Notes: generated by a model not told the origin, from the sequence alone. A stretch of 64,000 bases of DNA from a virus (IMGVR_UViG_3300034152_000478:64001-128000), one strand, 5' to 3'. Shown: positions 41,207 through 50,464, counted from the stretch's first letter. A program made the numbers and translations.

Positions 41207-41534
41207 CTTGTTCCTCTCTCAGATTGTTTAGTAGATCATCCAGAATCATCTTTACTTCTTGTCCAGGTCCTTCGTTGGCTATTATCCAGTCCCGCTGTAG
41301 GACGATGGCTCGATCACTATGGTGTCGCTTCCAAAATGCGGCATCCATTTCGAAAGGCATCCAACCAAAGCAGCGTATGCGCAACAGCCTTCCCTCCTTG
41401 AAGAAGCCTGATGGTATATCTATTTTGCCATCCTCTGGAATCTCATCACAAAATATCAATTCGCTATTAACAGGCTTCTCAAAGTTAGGTTGCACGATAG
41501 CAATGATTGCACCCGGCAATGTTCGCACAATCAT
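41184..41534 (-). CDS. Hypothetical protein
   Basis: ATGA overlap with the upstream gene. Confidence 0.5.
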   Translation of the reverse strand: MIVRTLPGAIIAIVQPNFEKPVNSELIFCDEIPEDGKIDIPSGFFKEGRLLRIRCFGWMPFEMDAAFWKRHHSDRAIVLQRDWIIANEGPGQEVKMILDDLLNNLREEQDDSSTSQ

Positions 41535-42265
41535 ATGATCTTCCTCTTTTTGAGATATTTAACAACTTGCTTTACGCACTGCTCAACAGTTTTCGATTCT
41601 GTATCTAATTTAAGCTCTGCTTCATAAGGTATTTCATATGGATCATCCACGCCAGTAAAACCCATTATTTCGCCACGTCTTGCTTTGGCGTACATACCTT
41701 TCACATCGCGACGCTCACATTCTTCAACTGAGCAATCAGCATAAACCTCAATGAAGTTGTACATGCGTTGGCGTAGTTCTTCACGTGCCTCGCGGAAAGG
41801 CGATATGAAAGTACATATAGTAACTACTCCATTGCGAGCTAAGCGCTCAGCCACAAAACGAATGCGTTGCAAGTTCTCTGCTCGATCTTCTTTTGAAAAG
41901 CCCAGATCAGATGTCAAGTCTTCCCGTACAATATCTCCATCCAGACGTTCAACTTTGACACCAGCTTGTCTTAGTCGTTCGGCTGTGGCATCTCCAACGG
42001 TAGTTTTGCCAGAACAAGGCAGTCCCGTGAACCAAAGCACACAGCCAGTATCTGTCGTCACCGAGAATAGCTTATTGAAAACGCAGTCGTATGCAAAGTA
42101 TACTCCAGTTTTTGCTGTTTCCATTAAAAGACTAAACGTCACAGCCACATGAACGCTGCCAGTCAGGATGAATGACCCAATGAATTGGAATATCAGTGCA
42201 AATATTCTGTAGAGCCCAGCTTTAGTGAGTAGAATTCTGGGCTGAAGTTTTCTCCAATTCTTCAT
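41531..42265 (-). CDS. cysC: Adenylyl-sulfate (APS) kinase with N-terminal two-helix membrane domain (DUF2061-like)
   Basis: WFTGLPCSGKTT, LDGDIVR, LGFSKEDR, RDVKGMY, FTGVDDPYE. Confidence 0.92.
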   Translation of the reverse strand: MKNWRKLQPRILLTKAGLYRIFALIFQFIGSFILTGSVHVAVTFSLLMETAKTGVYFAYDCVFNKLFSVTTDTGCVLWFTGLPCSGKTTVGDATAERLRQAGVKVERLDGDIVREDLTSDLGFSKEDRAENLQRIRFVAERLARNGVVTICTFISPFREAREELRQRMYNFIEVYADCSVEECERRDVKGMYAKARRGEIMGFTGVDDPYEIPYEAELKLDTESKTVEQCVKQVVKYLKKRKII

Positions 42266-42645
42266 ATGCTATCCTCCAACTCGTCAATGATTGCCTGTAC
42301 TTCACGCGGCACCTCGCTGGACAAGCCAGCCCTGATCTCAGTGCCGGAAATACGCTTGACATCTTCGGGTGCTTCCACAATGTAGTATCCGACTTGTCTG
42401 CCTATAATCACACCATCTATGTCAGGTATGATAATCACCTTTAACAACCCAGACCGCAGCTCGTCTTCATAGCAAGCTTCTATCATTCTCTTGCGTTGGA
42501 ATGCTGACCATTTTTCATGGCCGTCTCTAACTGCCACACAAACTGGCTTTTTGTTCATCAGGAAAGTGTCGATAATGTGTTTATGTCCACAGTGGAATGG
42601 ACTCCATCTGCCAATGAATAGATTATACTTCACAAACTCCCCCAT
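42262..42645 (-). CDS. Small HxGH nucleotidyltransferase (ATP-sulfurylase/cytidylyltransferase fold)
   Basis: FIGRWSPFHCGH, GRQVGY, ISGTEIR. Confidence 0.8.
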   Translation of the reverse strand: MGEFVKYNLFIGRWSPFHCGHKHIIDTFLMNKKPVCVAVRDGHEKWSAFQRKRMIEACYEDELRSGLLKVIIIPDIDGVIIGRQVGYYIVEAPEDVKRISGTEIRAGLSSEVPREVQAIIDELEDSI

Positions 42646-43541
42646 ACGATCCCATTGTGTGCTAAATCAGGCACGTCTAAAATCCTAATCTCGTGGCACT
42701 GATTCACTTTCTTGATTTCAGTTGTCCCAGTTACTCTTAGTTGATGGTTCAGCTCAGTGATGTGAATTGAATGGCTTCCTACGCCTCTTACTACTCGTGG
42801 ACAGTGCGTCGATGAGCCGACCAGTATTCTGTCCTTGCTAATAGCAAGTCCCCTTGTATATTTGCAATCCCCCTTATAGACCAACTCTTTGGCTCTTGCT
42901 CCACGTCGTTTCTGCATATTGTAGCGTCGTATCATAGACTTTGGCGAATGACAGAAGTACATAAAGTCGCCAACGATCGCCACATTGTGCAATTGTGAGC
43001 CGACATGGACATTGTCAAGCACCTTAGTGAACCCAACATCGACACATTTAATGTTGCTTGGAAACTGGTAATTATGCTCGACCACCCAGAAGTTTCCATC
43101 TTGTTTCCAGATTGAATTCAGGTGATTGTTCTTGTGGTTTTTATATCCTTTCTTGTCGTTCCATTTTCTGGCAAATCCCCAGGTGTATGGCTTAGCAAAA
43201 ACGCCGCTTGTCCGCATGCGTTCTATGCGACCACGATACGTATTTACTATGTACAGCATTGAAGTTTCTGGATCATAGTAAGCCTGATGTACGCCATGGA
43301 TCTTTGTCGGATATGTAGCTTCTACTTTGAATTTTTTGTTGAGTATAGCCACGGTGTCTGTTAGTTTTCTGTCACCGCTTCTTTGGCAGACGAACAAGAA
43401 ATCTTCACTCCAAGATACACCAAAACAGCTATCCTTAAAAACCTTTTTGTACCTTCCTTTATGCACCAAAAATAGACCGCAGGGTGTTGCTACCAGGTAT
43501 CTCAAATTTGAGGCTGCCATATCAATACACCTATTCCGCAC
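42630..43541 (-). CDS. Beta-propeller protein, paralog 1
   Basis: HQ, HLNS, HN, RGLA, DLAHNG motifs shared with two paralogs. Confidence 0.7.
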   Translation of the reverse strand: MRNRCIDMAASNLRYLVATPCGLFLVHKGRYKKVFKDSCFGVSWSEDFLFVCQRSGDRKLTDTVAILNKKFKVEATYPTKIHGVHQAYYDPETSMLYIVNTYRGRIERMRTSGVFAKPYTWGFARKWNDKKGYKNHKNNHLNSIWKQDGNFWVVEHNYQFPSNIKCVDVGFTKVLDNVHVGSQLHNVAIVGDFMYFCHSPKSMIRRYNMQKRRGARAKELVYKGDCKYTRGLAISKDRILVGSSTHCPRVVRGVGSHSIHITELNHQLRVTGTTEIKKVNQCHEIRILDVPDLAHNGIVWGSL

Positions 43542-44200
43542 CCTACTTTTCCATCAGGTCGCCTATGGCTGATTTCTCTTGTCTCAAACTGTCTCTTCAC
43601 TCCCTCCCAGACTCTCCAGACGCGGAACTTCGGCCCGTGCTTATTCTTGATATCATGGAACACGATAATACCGCCAGGTCTGACAAAACTTCGGTACATA
43701 CACCAATCCTTGCGGCAGCCAGCTTCCGTATGATCACCATCTATAAACAACAAATCAAGCTGACGACACTTTAGTGCAGTCTCTACGGCATCTTGGCTCT
43801 CAATCTTATGAGAATCACCTATTATGATTTCATGTTTGAAAGTCGGCTTATGTCTCGGAATTGCTGACACAACACTTTGACCCGTGCCTTCCCACTGTTT
43901 GGGAGTCGGCATATCCATCCCAATACCAAAAACATTCTCGCTTTGCCAGCTCAACACATTGCCTATCAGCACAAAGTTGGCACCATAGGCCAGCCCTATT
44001 TCCATGAAGTTAATCTGCTCAGTGCGATCTTTTAGATGGTTAGTGGCAAAATCCAGGAAGTCTACTATCTCCTTTTTGCGCTGCAATGAAGACTGAATCT
44101 TGCCTGTGACTTTCTTGAAATACTCAAGACGATCATATTCTGCAGCTATTAACTTCTTGTTCACTTGTGTGCTCCGAACGGAATGCCGTTGTGCGCCCAA
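43502..44200 (-). CDS. Class I methyltransferase (Methyltransf_24-like)
   Basis: FMEIG..YG, GDSH, LLFIDGDH, GGIIVFHDI. Confidence 0.88.
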   Translation of the reverse strand: MGAQRHSVRSTQVNKKLIAAEYDRLEYFKKVTGKIQSSLQRKKEIVDFLDFATNHLKDRTEQINFMEIGLAYGANFVLIGNVLSWQSENVFGIGMDMPTPKQWEGTGQSVVSAIPRHKPTFKHEIIIGDSHKIESQDAVETALKCRQLDLLFIDGDHTEAGCRKDWCMYRSFVRPGGIIVFHDIKNKHGPKFRVWRVWEGVKRQFETREISHRRPDGKVGCGIGVLIWQPQI

Positions 44201-45027
44201 TCCAATTCCGAAATGAGTCGCAGACAGAATACCTGGTTCACTTGTGGTAATCTGATTACGTCTCTGATTTCCAGCGTCTCCTGGTCGACAATGGTCACAT
44301 ATCCAGCTCGATCATCTTTCCTCTCTTGTGGGGTGCCCCAGCATGATTGGCCTATCACGAAGAAGTCTGAGCCCACTGCGAACCCACGAGGATAATCCTT
44401 GAAGTGTGGTTTGGGCAAATGAAACTCCTTGCGGCCGACTATTTGCTTGGTCGCCATGTCCATTTGAATCAGCGTGCGGTCCAATGACATTAGGCTGTAC
44501 AGCATGCCGTCTCTAATGAAGATGTTGTGACCCTCGTTTTCAAGCTGGTAGGTATTGATTGGATGTTCAAGATCACTGTCATAGAACTCTTGCACCCTGC
44601 AGTTGAAGTCACGCTTCCCATTCTGCTCACCGACATAGATACACTCGCCATATCTGTAGATCGAATTAATATGATTCCAGTTGTCGGATCGCCCGGTGTA
44701 GTTGAAGCTGGCAAATTCGTGCACCGCTGGGTCCCAAATCTCTACTCGGTTGCGGTCGGTATTAGTCATATAAAGTAGCTCGTGCTTGTCATCATACAGT
44801 GCTTGATGAACACGACACACGCTCTTTGCGGGCACTTTGTTAAGTAGCCGCAGACTGTGGTCAAACAGCCAAATTTCCGTATGTAGCGTTGGATGTCGAT
44901 GACAAACATACAGAGTGTATTCGTCCCAGCTAATGCCGTAGCAGGCTCCTCGCTGGACGAGGTGCACATTCTGACCGTCCACGAAAAAGAGGCCGCGTGC
45001 TGTTGTTACCAGTAGTTTAATACTCAT
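44161..45027 (-). CDS. Beta-propeller protein, paralog 2
   Basis: HQ, HINS, HN, RGFA, DWAHNG. Confidence 0.7.
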   Translation of the reverse strand: MSIKLLVTTARGLFFVDGQNVHLVQRGACYGISWDEYTLYVCHRHPTLHTEIWLFDHSLRLLNKVPAKSVCRVHQALYDDKHELLYMTNTDRNRVEIWDPAVHEFASFNYTGRSDNWNHINSIYRYGECIYVGEQNGKRDFNCRVQEFYDSDLEHPINTYQLENEGHNIFIRDGMLYSLMSLDRTLIQMDMATKQIVGRKEFHLPKPHFKDYPRGFAVGSDFFVIGQSCWGTPQERKDDRAGYVTIVDQETLEIRDVIRLPQVNQVFCLRLISELDWAHNGIPFGAHK

Positions 45028-45911
45028 AGTACTATTCCGTTATGTGCCAGGTCAGGTTCTCCCAAGGCTCTCACTTCGTATACTTGGTTGCCTTTGGGGA
45101 TACAGACTGAGCCAATCTCTTTGAACTCTTCGTCCATCTTAATGATCCAGGCGTCAAATAGCTCCATGCGCTTCTCTCTGCCACAGTGCATTGAAGCTCC
45201 CATTAGGAAGTAGCCGTCGCAGCGAGCAAGTCCCCTGGAATATGTACGCGGAAAGGCATCTTCAAAGCTTCTGTTTTGTACAATACGATCTTCGACCATA
45301 GAGTACTTGGCTATCTCACTCGTCAATGATACGGTTGTATATATGAATTCGCCTTCAACGTACACATTGTGAATCTGACTTGCAACCACCCATGCTTGTG
45401 GACGACCCACTATCTCAGGAGGCATCTTAATTACCCTGGAAGGATGATGTTTCTTGTTGTGTTCACAGGACCACCAGCATTCGCCATCAAACCATACAGA
45501 GTTAATATGGTTGTAGTCGCAGCCTGCTACTGGGGTCCAGTTATTAACCAGTATCTTATTGCCAGCAATATCAAAAAAGTCAACACGATTCTGGTGTGTG
45601 TTGGTTACGGCGATTGTCTTGGTTTTTGGATCATAGTGTGCTTGATGATTGTCTTTCACTTGTGGCAAATGCACTTCATCCATCACGCCGAAATCTTCAG
45701 GGTGCAAGGAGACCATTTTAGTTTGAGTATTTTGATTTATCCGCTGAAAAGCAAAGATTCGAGTCTTGCTCCAGGTTAATCCGTAGACATGTCCCTCATA
45801 GACCAACTCACAGTCTCTACCATCTATGTAAAAGATGCCCCTTGGTGTCGTGGCTAAGCAGCGCATCATATTAAATACTCCCTCCAGTTGTCTCTGATTT
45901 CCGGCAACCAA
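45024..45911 (-). CDS. Beta-propeller protein, paralog 3
   Basis: HQ, HINS, HN, RGLA, DLAHNG. Start likely 45869. Confidence 0.7.
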   Translation of the reverse strand: MVAGNQRQLEGVFNMMRCLATTPRGIFYIDGRDCELVYEGHVYGLTWSKTRIFAFQRINQNTQTKMVSLHPEDFGVMDEVHLPQVKDNHQAHYDPKTKTIAVTNTHQNRVDFFDIAGNKILVNNWTPVAGCDYNHINSVWFDGECWWSCEHNKKHHPSRVIKMPPEIVGRPQAWVVASQIHNVYVEGEFIYTTVSLTSEIAKYSMVEDRIVQNRSFEDAFPRTYSRGLARCDGYFLMGASMHCGREKRMELFDAWIIKMDEEFKEIGSVCIPKGNQVYEVRALGEPDLAHNGIVL

Positions 45912-46717
45912 TCATCTGTAAAGTCCACAAGTTCGTTGGGTAGTGCGACAGGCTGATTTCTCAACGGCTCTGTTTGTCCTTCAGCAAATCCATCTATTGT
46001 ATTGCCCTGTGATGGCCAGCGTAAGAATCTCTCGTTGTACCATTTCGTTAGGCTTGGTCTATCAAACGTGAGCACTTTATCTCTTATAAGCCGGGGATGT
46101 TTTACCCAGCACAAGTGAGTCATTTGCGAACGCTTCCTTGACAGCGAGACACGCCTATCCTTTATGACATCTTTACCATCAACCAGAAAATGATTAGACG
46201 CAGTATAACGCCCGCCTTTCTGAAAGCGGATAAACCGTCCCAGGTGCGACGCAGGGAACCACCAGCGAAGATTGTAGGCATACTGATATTCTCCAATCTG
46301 TACGTGTTGAACCTCGTCATACATGCGGAAAATGCGCAAGATATCCCAGAGTCCCTCGCCCCCATAGAATTCGTCAGTGTCCATAAGATGAATCACATCA
46401 CCAGGCTCTATGTCTGAAAATTCCAGCAGGTAGTTCTTGTTAATGCCATGTTGAGCCTCTCTACTGTGCCCACGCATTCTTTCTATGGGAATAGGCGGTG
46501 CTATAAATATCTGATCAGGATACTTGGCCTCCATTTCCTTCAGTACAGCCATGGTGTTGTCGGTTGAGCGTTCTGGAAGATTCCGGTTGATAGCAAGCGA
46601 TCCTTCTGCAATCAGAATTCTGTCGATATGCTCTATCCGATTCTCTATTACTCGTCTTGCCAGGTCTTCTTCATTGTAGACTTCCATTAAGCCTATAACA
46701 CGCATATTATCCTCCAA
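45866..46717 (-). CDS. GT2-like glycosyltransferase
   Basis: VYNEED, AEGS, STDNT, MDTDEF; resembles the N-terminal domain of 10980-12722. Confidence 0.8.
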   Translation of the reverse strand: MEDNMRVIGLMEVYNEEDLARRVIENRIEHIDRILIAEGSLAINRNLPERSTDNTMAVLKEMEAKYPDQIFIAPPIPIERMRGHSREAQHGINKNYLLEFSDIEPGDVIHLMDTDEFYGGEGLWDILRIFRMYDEVQHVQIGEYQYAYNLRWWFPASHLGRFIRFQKGGRYTASNHFLVDGKDVIKDRRVSLSRKRSQMTHLCWVKHPRLIRDKVLTFDRPSLTKWYNERFLRWPSQGNTIDGFAEGQTEPLRNQPVALPNELVDFTDDWLPEIRDNWREYLI

Positions 46718-47309
46718 CGTACACTACACCAAAACCATGAAAGCCAGTGGTATGCTTACAGCGCTTACGGATTTTCTCCCAGGCTTTTTTCGGCTTGTTG
46801 TTAACATCATCGAACACTATCAGTCCACCCTTTCGGACCAATGGCCTATACATGGTATAATCTTCCAGACAGCCCTCAACACTGTGATTACCGTCTATGA
46901 ACAGGAGATCAATCCCACGACCCTGTAGATCATCCTTGAGTTTATTTAGCGTTTTCTTTTCGTGTGAGTCGCCCTCAATAATTCCCCATAGGAACTGTGG
47001 ATTTAAGGCTGCGACTGCTTGGTCTGGGGGTAGCGTAGTGTGCTTATCATATGTCATATTGAAGATATCTATGCCAATTGCCACTACTGTTTTGCCAGCT
47101 TGCAATAGACAGTTTCCAATCAACACAAAGCTGCCACCCATGTGAACGCCTATCTCTACAAAGACAACTTCTTTCTGTTCCTTGAAGTGCTGTAAGATAA
47201 AATCAACCAGCCTGCAGGCACCATGCTGTGTTTGCATAATGACTTCTCGGCGATCCTTACGCCCCTTGAGCAGTCGATTGAGTTCTTCCCTGATTTCTTT
47301 CTCGTTCAT
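46707..47309 (-). CDS. Class I methyltransferase (Methyltransf_24-like)
   Basis: FVEIGVHMGGS, GDSH, LLFIDGNH, GGLIVFDD. Confidence 0.88.
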   Translation of the reverse strand: MNEKEIREELNRLLKGRKDRREVIMQTQHGACRLVDFILQHFKEQKEVVFVEIGVHMGGSFVLIGNCLLQAGKTVVAIGIDIFNMTYDKHTTLPPDQAVAALNPQFLWGIIEGDSHEKKTLNKLKDDLQGRGIDLLFIDGNHSVEGCLEDYTMYRPLVRKGGLIVFDDVNNKPKKAWEKIRKRCKHTTGFHGFGVVYVGG

Positions 47310-47938
47310 GGCTTACTAAAGAAAGTGTCTCCCTGACATTTGCCCGTTGCTTTATAGCCGTATGGGCGCAGCAGGGCTAAGGCTTCTTCAGCCCCCACCT
47401 GATGGGTTTCGATGCAGAATACTCGCGGCAAGACCGGACAGTCCTGAATACCACGAAGCGCTGCCAGCTCATTGCCTTCGATATCCAAAACAAACAAGTC
47501 GACTTCTGTTATTCCATGTCTTTCTATTAGTGTCTTGTAGGTTATCGTGTTTACTTTATGGCGTTCTAATCGAAGCTCACCCCTCTTAAGTGTGTCCCAT
47601 ATCTCCCACTTGTGCTTGAAGACAATCGACCCTCGTCCTGTCATTTTGTTTTTGTTGTCTGATTCATTCAGAGGCAGCATGAATTCTACTTCTTCGTCGT
47701 CAGCATCACTCAGCGCATACTTAAGATTGAGACAGTTAGGCCGGTTCTTTTTCAGAGCACTGAAGCAATAGGGATTACATTCAATATTAATGCCGTGCCA
47801 CTCGTTCTTCGCCTCAAACCAGCGACAGGTGCTGATAAACTTTCCATCATTGGCACCACACTCTATGAAAGTGCCACCTTTATGCTTGCGTAGCCAAGGG
47901 AATCTCTTCAAAAGGGCTTCAGTCAGCTTTGTTTTCAT
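47306..47938 (-). CDS. FkbM-family methyltransferase
   Basis: FIECGANDG, GINIE, LDIEGNE, PRVFCIE. Confidence 0.9.
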   Translation of the reverse strand: MKTKLTEALLKRFPWLRKHKGGTFIECGANDGKFISTCRWFEAKNEWHGINIECNPYCFSALKKNRPNCLNLKYALSDADDEEVEFMLPLNESDNKNKMTGRGSIVFKHKWEIWDTLKRGELRLERHKVNTITYKTLIERHGITEVDLFVLDIEGNELAALRGIQDCPVLPRVFCIETHQVGAEEALALLRPYGYKATGKCQGDTFFSKP

Positions 47939-48869
47939 TGCGATAGCGATTCTTTACCCAGTCTTGTTCTGGTCGATAGAATGTGTTCAAAGCCTGGACC
48001 ACCTGTAAGATGGCAGGGTCAAGCCCCAGCTCTTGACAACATGCCTCCAGCGCCCCAATGTCTTTCATGAAGCAGCTCCCACCGGCACCACGCAGGCCGT
48101 CTGGTCCTGGCACGTAGGTGTGCGAAGGACCAATGCGATCATCGAGAGCAATGCCTCGCCGCACTACATCGTAATTACATCCAAGCATGCCAGCGATATC
48201 GTAATAGAAGTTGAAGAGCATTAGCTTGGTAAACAATGTGACATTAGATCCATATTTGATTAGCTCGGCCGCCGTGTTAATGCAAAGAATCAGGCGATCA
48301 TCAAAATTACAGACATGTGGATTGGTGTTGATTCTGCGTAGGACATCCACCAGTCTCGTGTCATGCGCTTCATCGCTCCCAATTACAACCCTTGTGGCAT
48401 CCATTAGTGTTCCAACAGGATCAGCTTCGGTCAAGAATTCCGGGCTGAAGTGTAAATGTAGGCCACGAAATTGTGTAGCAAATTTACTTGTTGTGCCTGG
48501 TGGCACCGTAGACTTGATGCACACAGGTAGGCGTCCATTCGCTTCTATCGCGTGCAGAATGTTCAGCTTATTGAGAACATCCTTGACAATAGATAGATTG
48601 GCTTTCTCACATCGTCCATCTTCACAGTAAGCCAGTGGCGGAGTTGGCACACATACCAGTACGATATCTGCACGTTCTACTAAATGATTCAGCGAAGGAA
48701 CCGATAAAGGCAAATTCCATCCTGGAAATCTGCGTCCAAAATTAGGCTCTATATCATAGATAATGACGTTATGATATCCTCGATTTCTTAATGCCACATA
48801 GTGGGCAGCTCCCACAAAACCGCCACCAACAATTCCAATAACTGGCCCAGGGAAATCTTCGCAGCCCAT
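47919..48869 (-). CDS. UDP-glucose 6-dehydrogenase-family protein (lacks C-terminal domain)
   Basis: GGGFVG, VCVPTP, KSTVPPGTT, PEFL.E, AELIKY..N, GGSCFMKD. Confidence 0.88.
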   Translation of the reverse strand: MGCEDFPGPVIGIVGGGFVGAAHYVALRNRGYHNVIIYDIEPNFGRRFPGWNLPLSVPSLNHLVERADIVLVCVPTPPLAYCEDGRCEKANLSIVKDVLNKLNILHAIEANGRLPVCIKSTVPPGTTSKFATQFRGLHLHFSPEFLTEADPVGTLMDATRVVIGSDEAHDTRLVDVLRRINTNPHVCNFDDRLILCINTAAELIKYGSNVTLFTKLMLFNFYYDIAGMLGCNYDVVRRGIALDDRIGPSHTYVPGPDGLRGAGGSCFMKDIGALEACCQELGLDPAILQVVQALNTFYRPEQDWVKNRYRNENKAD

Positions 48870-48872
48870 AGT

Positions 48873-49613
48873 TCACCTCACCATAATGCGATCAAAGCGT
48901 ACAACACCTACGCCACGGTCATGTCCGTTGCCAAATACCCAGTGTTTATAGAAATGTGAAATGCGGTTCCACAACATTACGCCTTTATTAACATAGCAGC
49001 CAGTAACATCATGAACAGCCACAAGGCCACCACTTTTAACCATGCCTGTATAGTAGTCCCAATCGTGATTGCAAGTTGGGCAATCGTGTCCGCCATCAAT
49101 GTAAAGCAAGTCAAGTCTCCGCCCTCCTCTAAGCGCTGCGATCTGTGCACCGTGTATGGTTTCCTTCTTGGTAGAATCACCCTTGACAAAATCCCAGGTG
49201 AACTTAGGCCCAAGATTCTTAATGCACTCATCAGCCCCCATCAGTTTCTGGTAGGCCCAGCCACGTCCAGGTCGCTCTGGAGTCGGTATCTCTGGCATGT
49301 CGACGGCAATCCCGTGCACCTTGCCAAAGGCTTTCATTAACATATTGCCCATCAAAACAAAGTTGCCGCCACGATTAGTACCTATCTCCATAAAGACAAT
49401 CTCGGAAGGATACTGATGGCGAAAGTAATCTATCATGAATTGCGTGCATGCCAGGGCTTCTCCTTTGCGCTGCATAATACAGTCAGCAGGAGGACATTTG
49501 TTACCCGTGAACTTCACGATCCGTTCATACTCAGCGGTAATATCCGGGATCATGCTTCCTTTGTTGATAATGCGCTTGATCAGCGCGTCACTTTGCTCTC
49601 TGGTGAAGTCCAT
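48873..49613 (-). CDS. Class I methyltransferase (Methyltransf_24-like)
   Basis: FMEIGTNRGG, GDS, LLYIDGGH, GGLVAVHD. Confidence 0.88.
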   Translation of the reverse strand: MDFTREQSDALIKRIINKGSMIPDITAEYERIVKFTGNKCPPADCIMQRKGEALACTQFMIDYFRHQYPSEIVFMEIGTNRGGNFVLMGNMLMKAFGKVHGIAVDMPEIPTPERPGRGWAYQKLMGADECIKNLGPKFTWDFVKGDSTKKETIHGAQIAALRGGRRLDLLYIDGGHDCPTCNHDWDYYTGMVKSGGLVAVHDVTGCYVNKGVMLWNRISHFYKHWVFGNGHDRGVGVVRFDRIMVR

Positions 49614-50009
49614 CTATTCCCCCTTGACTCCTTTAGCTAATGCCTGTCTGTATTTGTCGACTTTGTCAGGATGTCTCTTCTTGTATTCCTGAAAGCTTTT
49701 CTTCCCCTTGCGGCGCTCGGCAAGAACTTCGTTGCTATTCTCTTGCTCTTGCTTTTTTTCTTCTGTGCGCTTTTCATGCGCCTCGATATCTCCAGGATGC
49801 TCGCCAGTTTTCTCGATCCGTATGTCTTTACCAGGCCAGCCCTCGCCTTTGAAGACTACATTGGTACTAAAAATACGGTTCATTTGCGTTTGACATTCTT
49901 CACAAATCATTTCCTCAGGCGGACCTACATCTATTGGTGCTGAGAAAGATTGCGTGTTGCCGCAATTGGCGCATTTCCATTCGTATATCATTTTTCCTCC
50001 GGGTCCCAT
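49614..50009 (-). CDS. FmdB-like zinc-ribbon protein
   Basis: YEWKCANCG...CEEC...VFKGEGW. Confidence 0.8.
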   Translation of the reverse strand: MGPGGKMIYEWKCANCGNTQSFSAPIDVGPPEEMICEECQTQMNRIFSTNVVFKGEGWPGKDIRIEKTGEHPGDIEAHEKRTEEKKQEQENSNEVLAERRKGKKSFQEYKKRHPDKVDKYRQALAKGVKGE

Positions 50010-50464
50010 TGGCTCCAGCCATATGCGCCTTTGTGTGGACCTTCATATTCTTCAATGAGTATACCTGCTTCTGTCATTATTTCAGTCGACAAATCATATT
50101 TTGAATCTGGACGATCCGGTTTCTCCAGGTACACGAGCCGTTTAATGCCAGCTTGTATTAAGTCAGTAGCGCAACGCACACAAGGATAAAGAGTCAAGTA
50201 AAGAGTCCAGCCTTCCAAGTCTTCCTTGGCGTTTAGCAGCGCATTATCTTCAGCATGTATTACAAGATCGTACTTGTGTGGCCGCTTCCATCTTTCAACA
50301 GTATCTTTGACGCCTGCGGGAAATCCATTGTAGCCAACATAAACCTTCCGATTATCAGGACTGACAACAACTGAACCAACTTGTGTGTCTGGGTCTTTCG
50401 ATCGCTCTTTGATAACCAGAGCAACATTCATCCAAACCATATCCCAATCCCAAGGTTCTCTCAT
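49988..50464 (-). CDS. dCMP deaminase
   Basis: RSKDPDTQVG, GYNG, HAEDNA, PCVRCA. Confidence 0.93.
   Translation of the reverse strand: MREPWDWDMVWMNVALVIKERSKDPDTQVGSVVVSPDNRKVYVGYNGFPAGVKDTVERWKRPHKYDLVIHAEDNALLNAKEDLEGWTLYLTLYPCVRCATDLIQAGIKRLVYLEKPDRPDSKYDLSTEIMTEAGILIEEYEGPHKGAYGWSQWDPEEK

Noticed and set aside
33530-49613. Bacterial LPS or capsule locus
   Set aside because: No flippase, polymerase or ABC exporter genes; the glycan genes are interleaved with phage-type genes at phage-like density.
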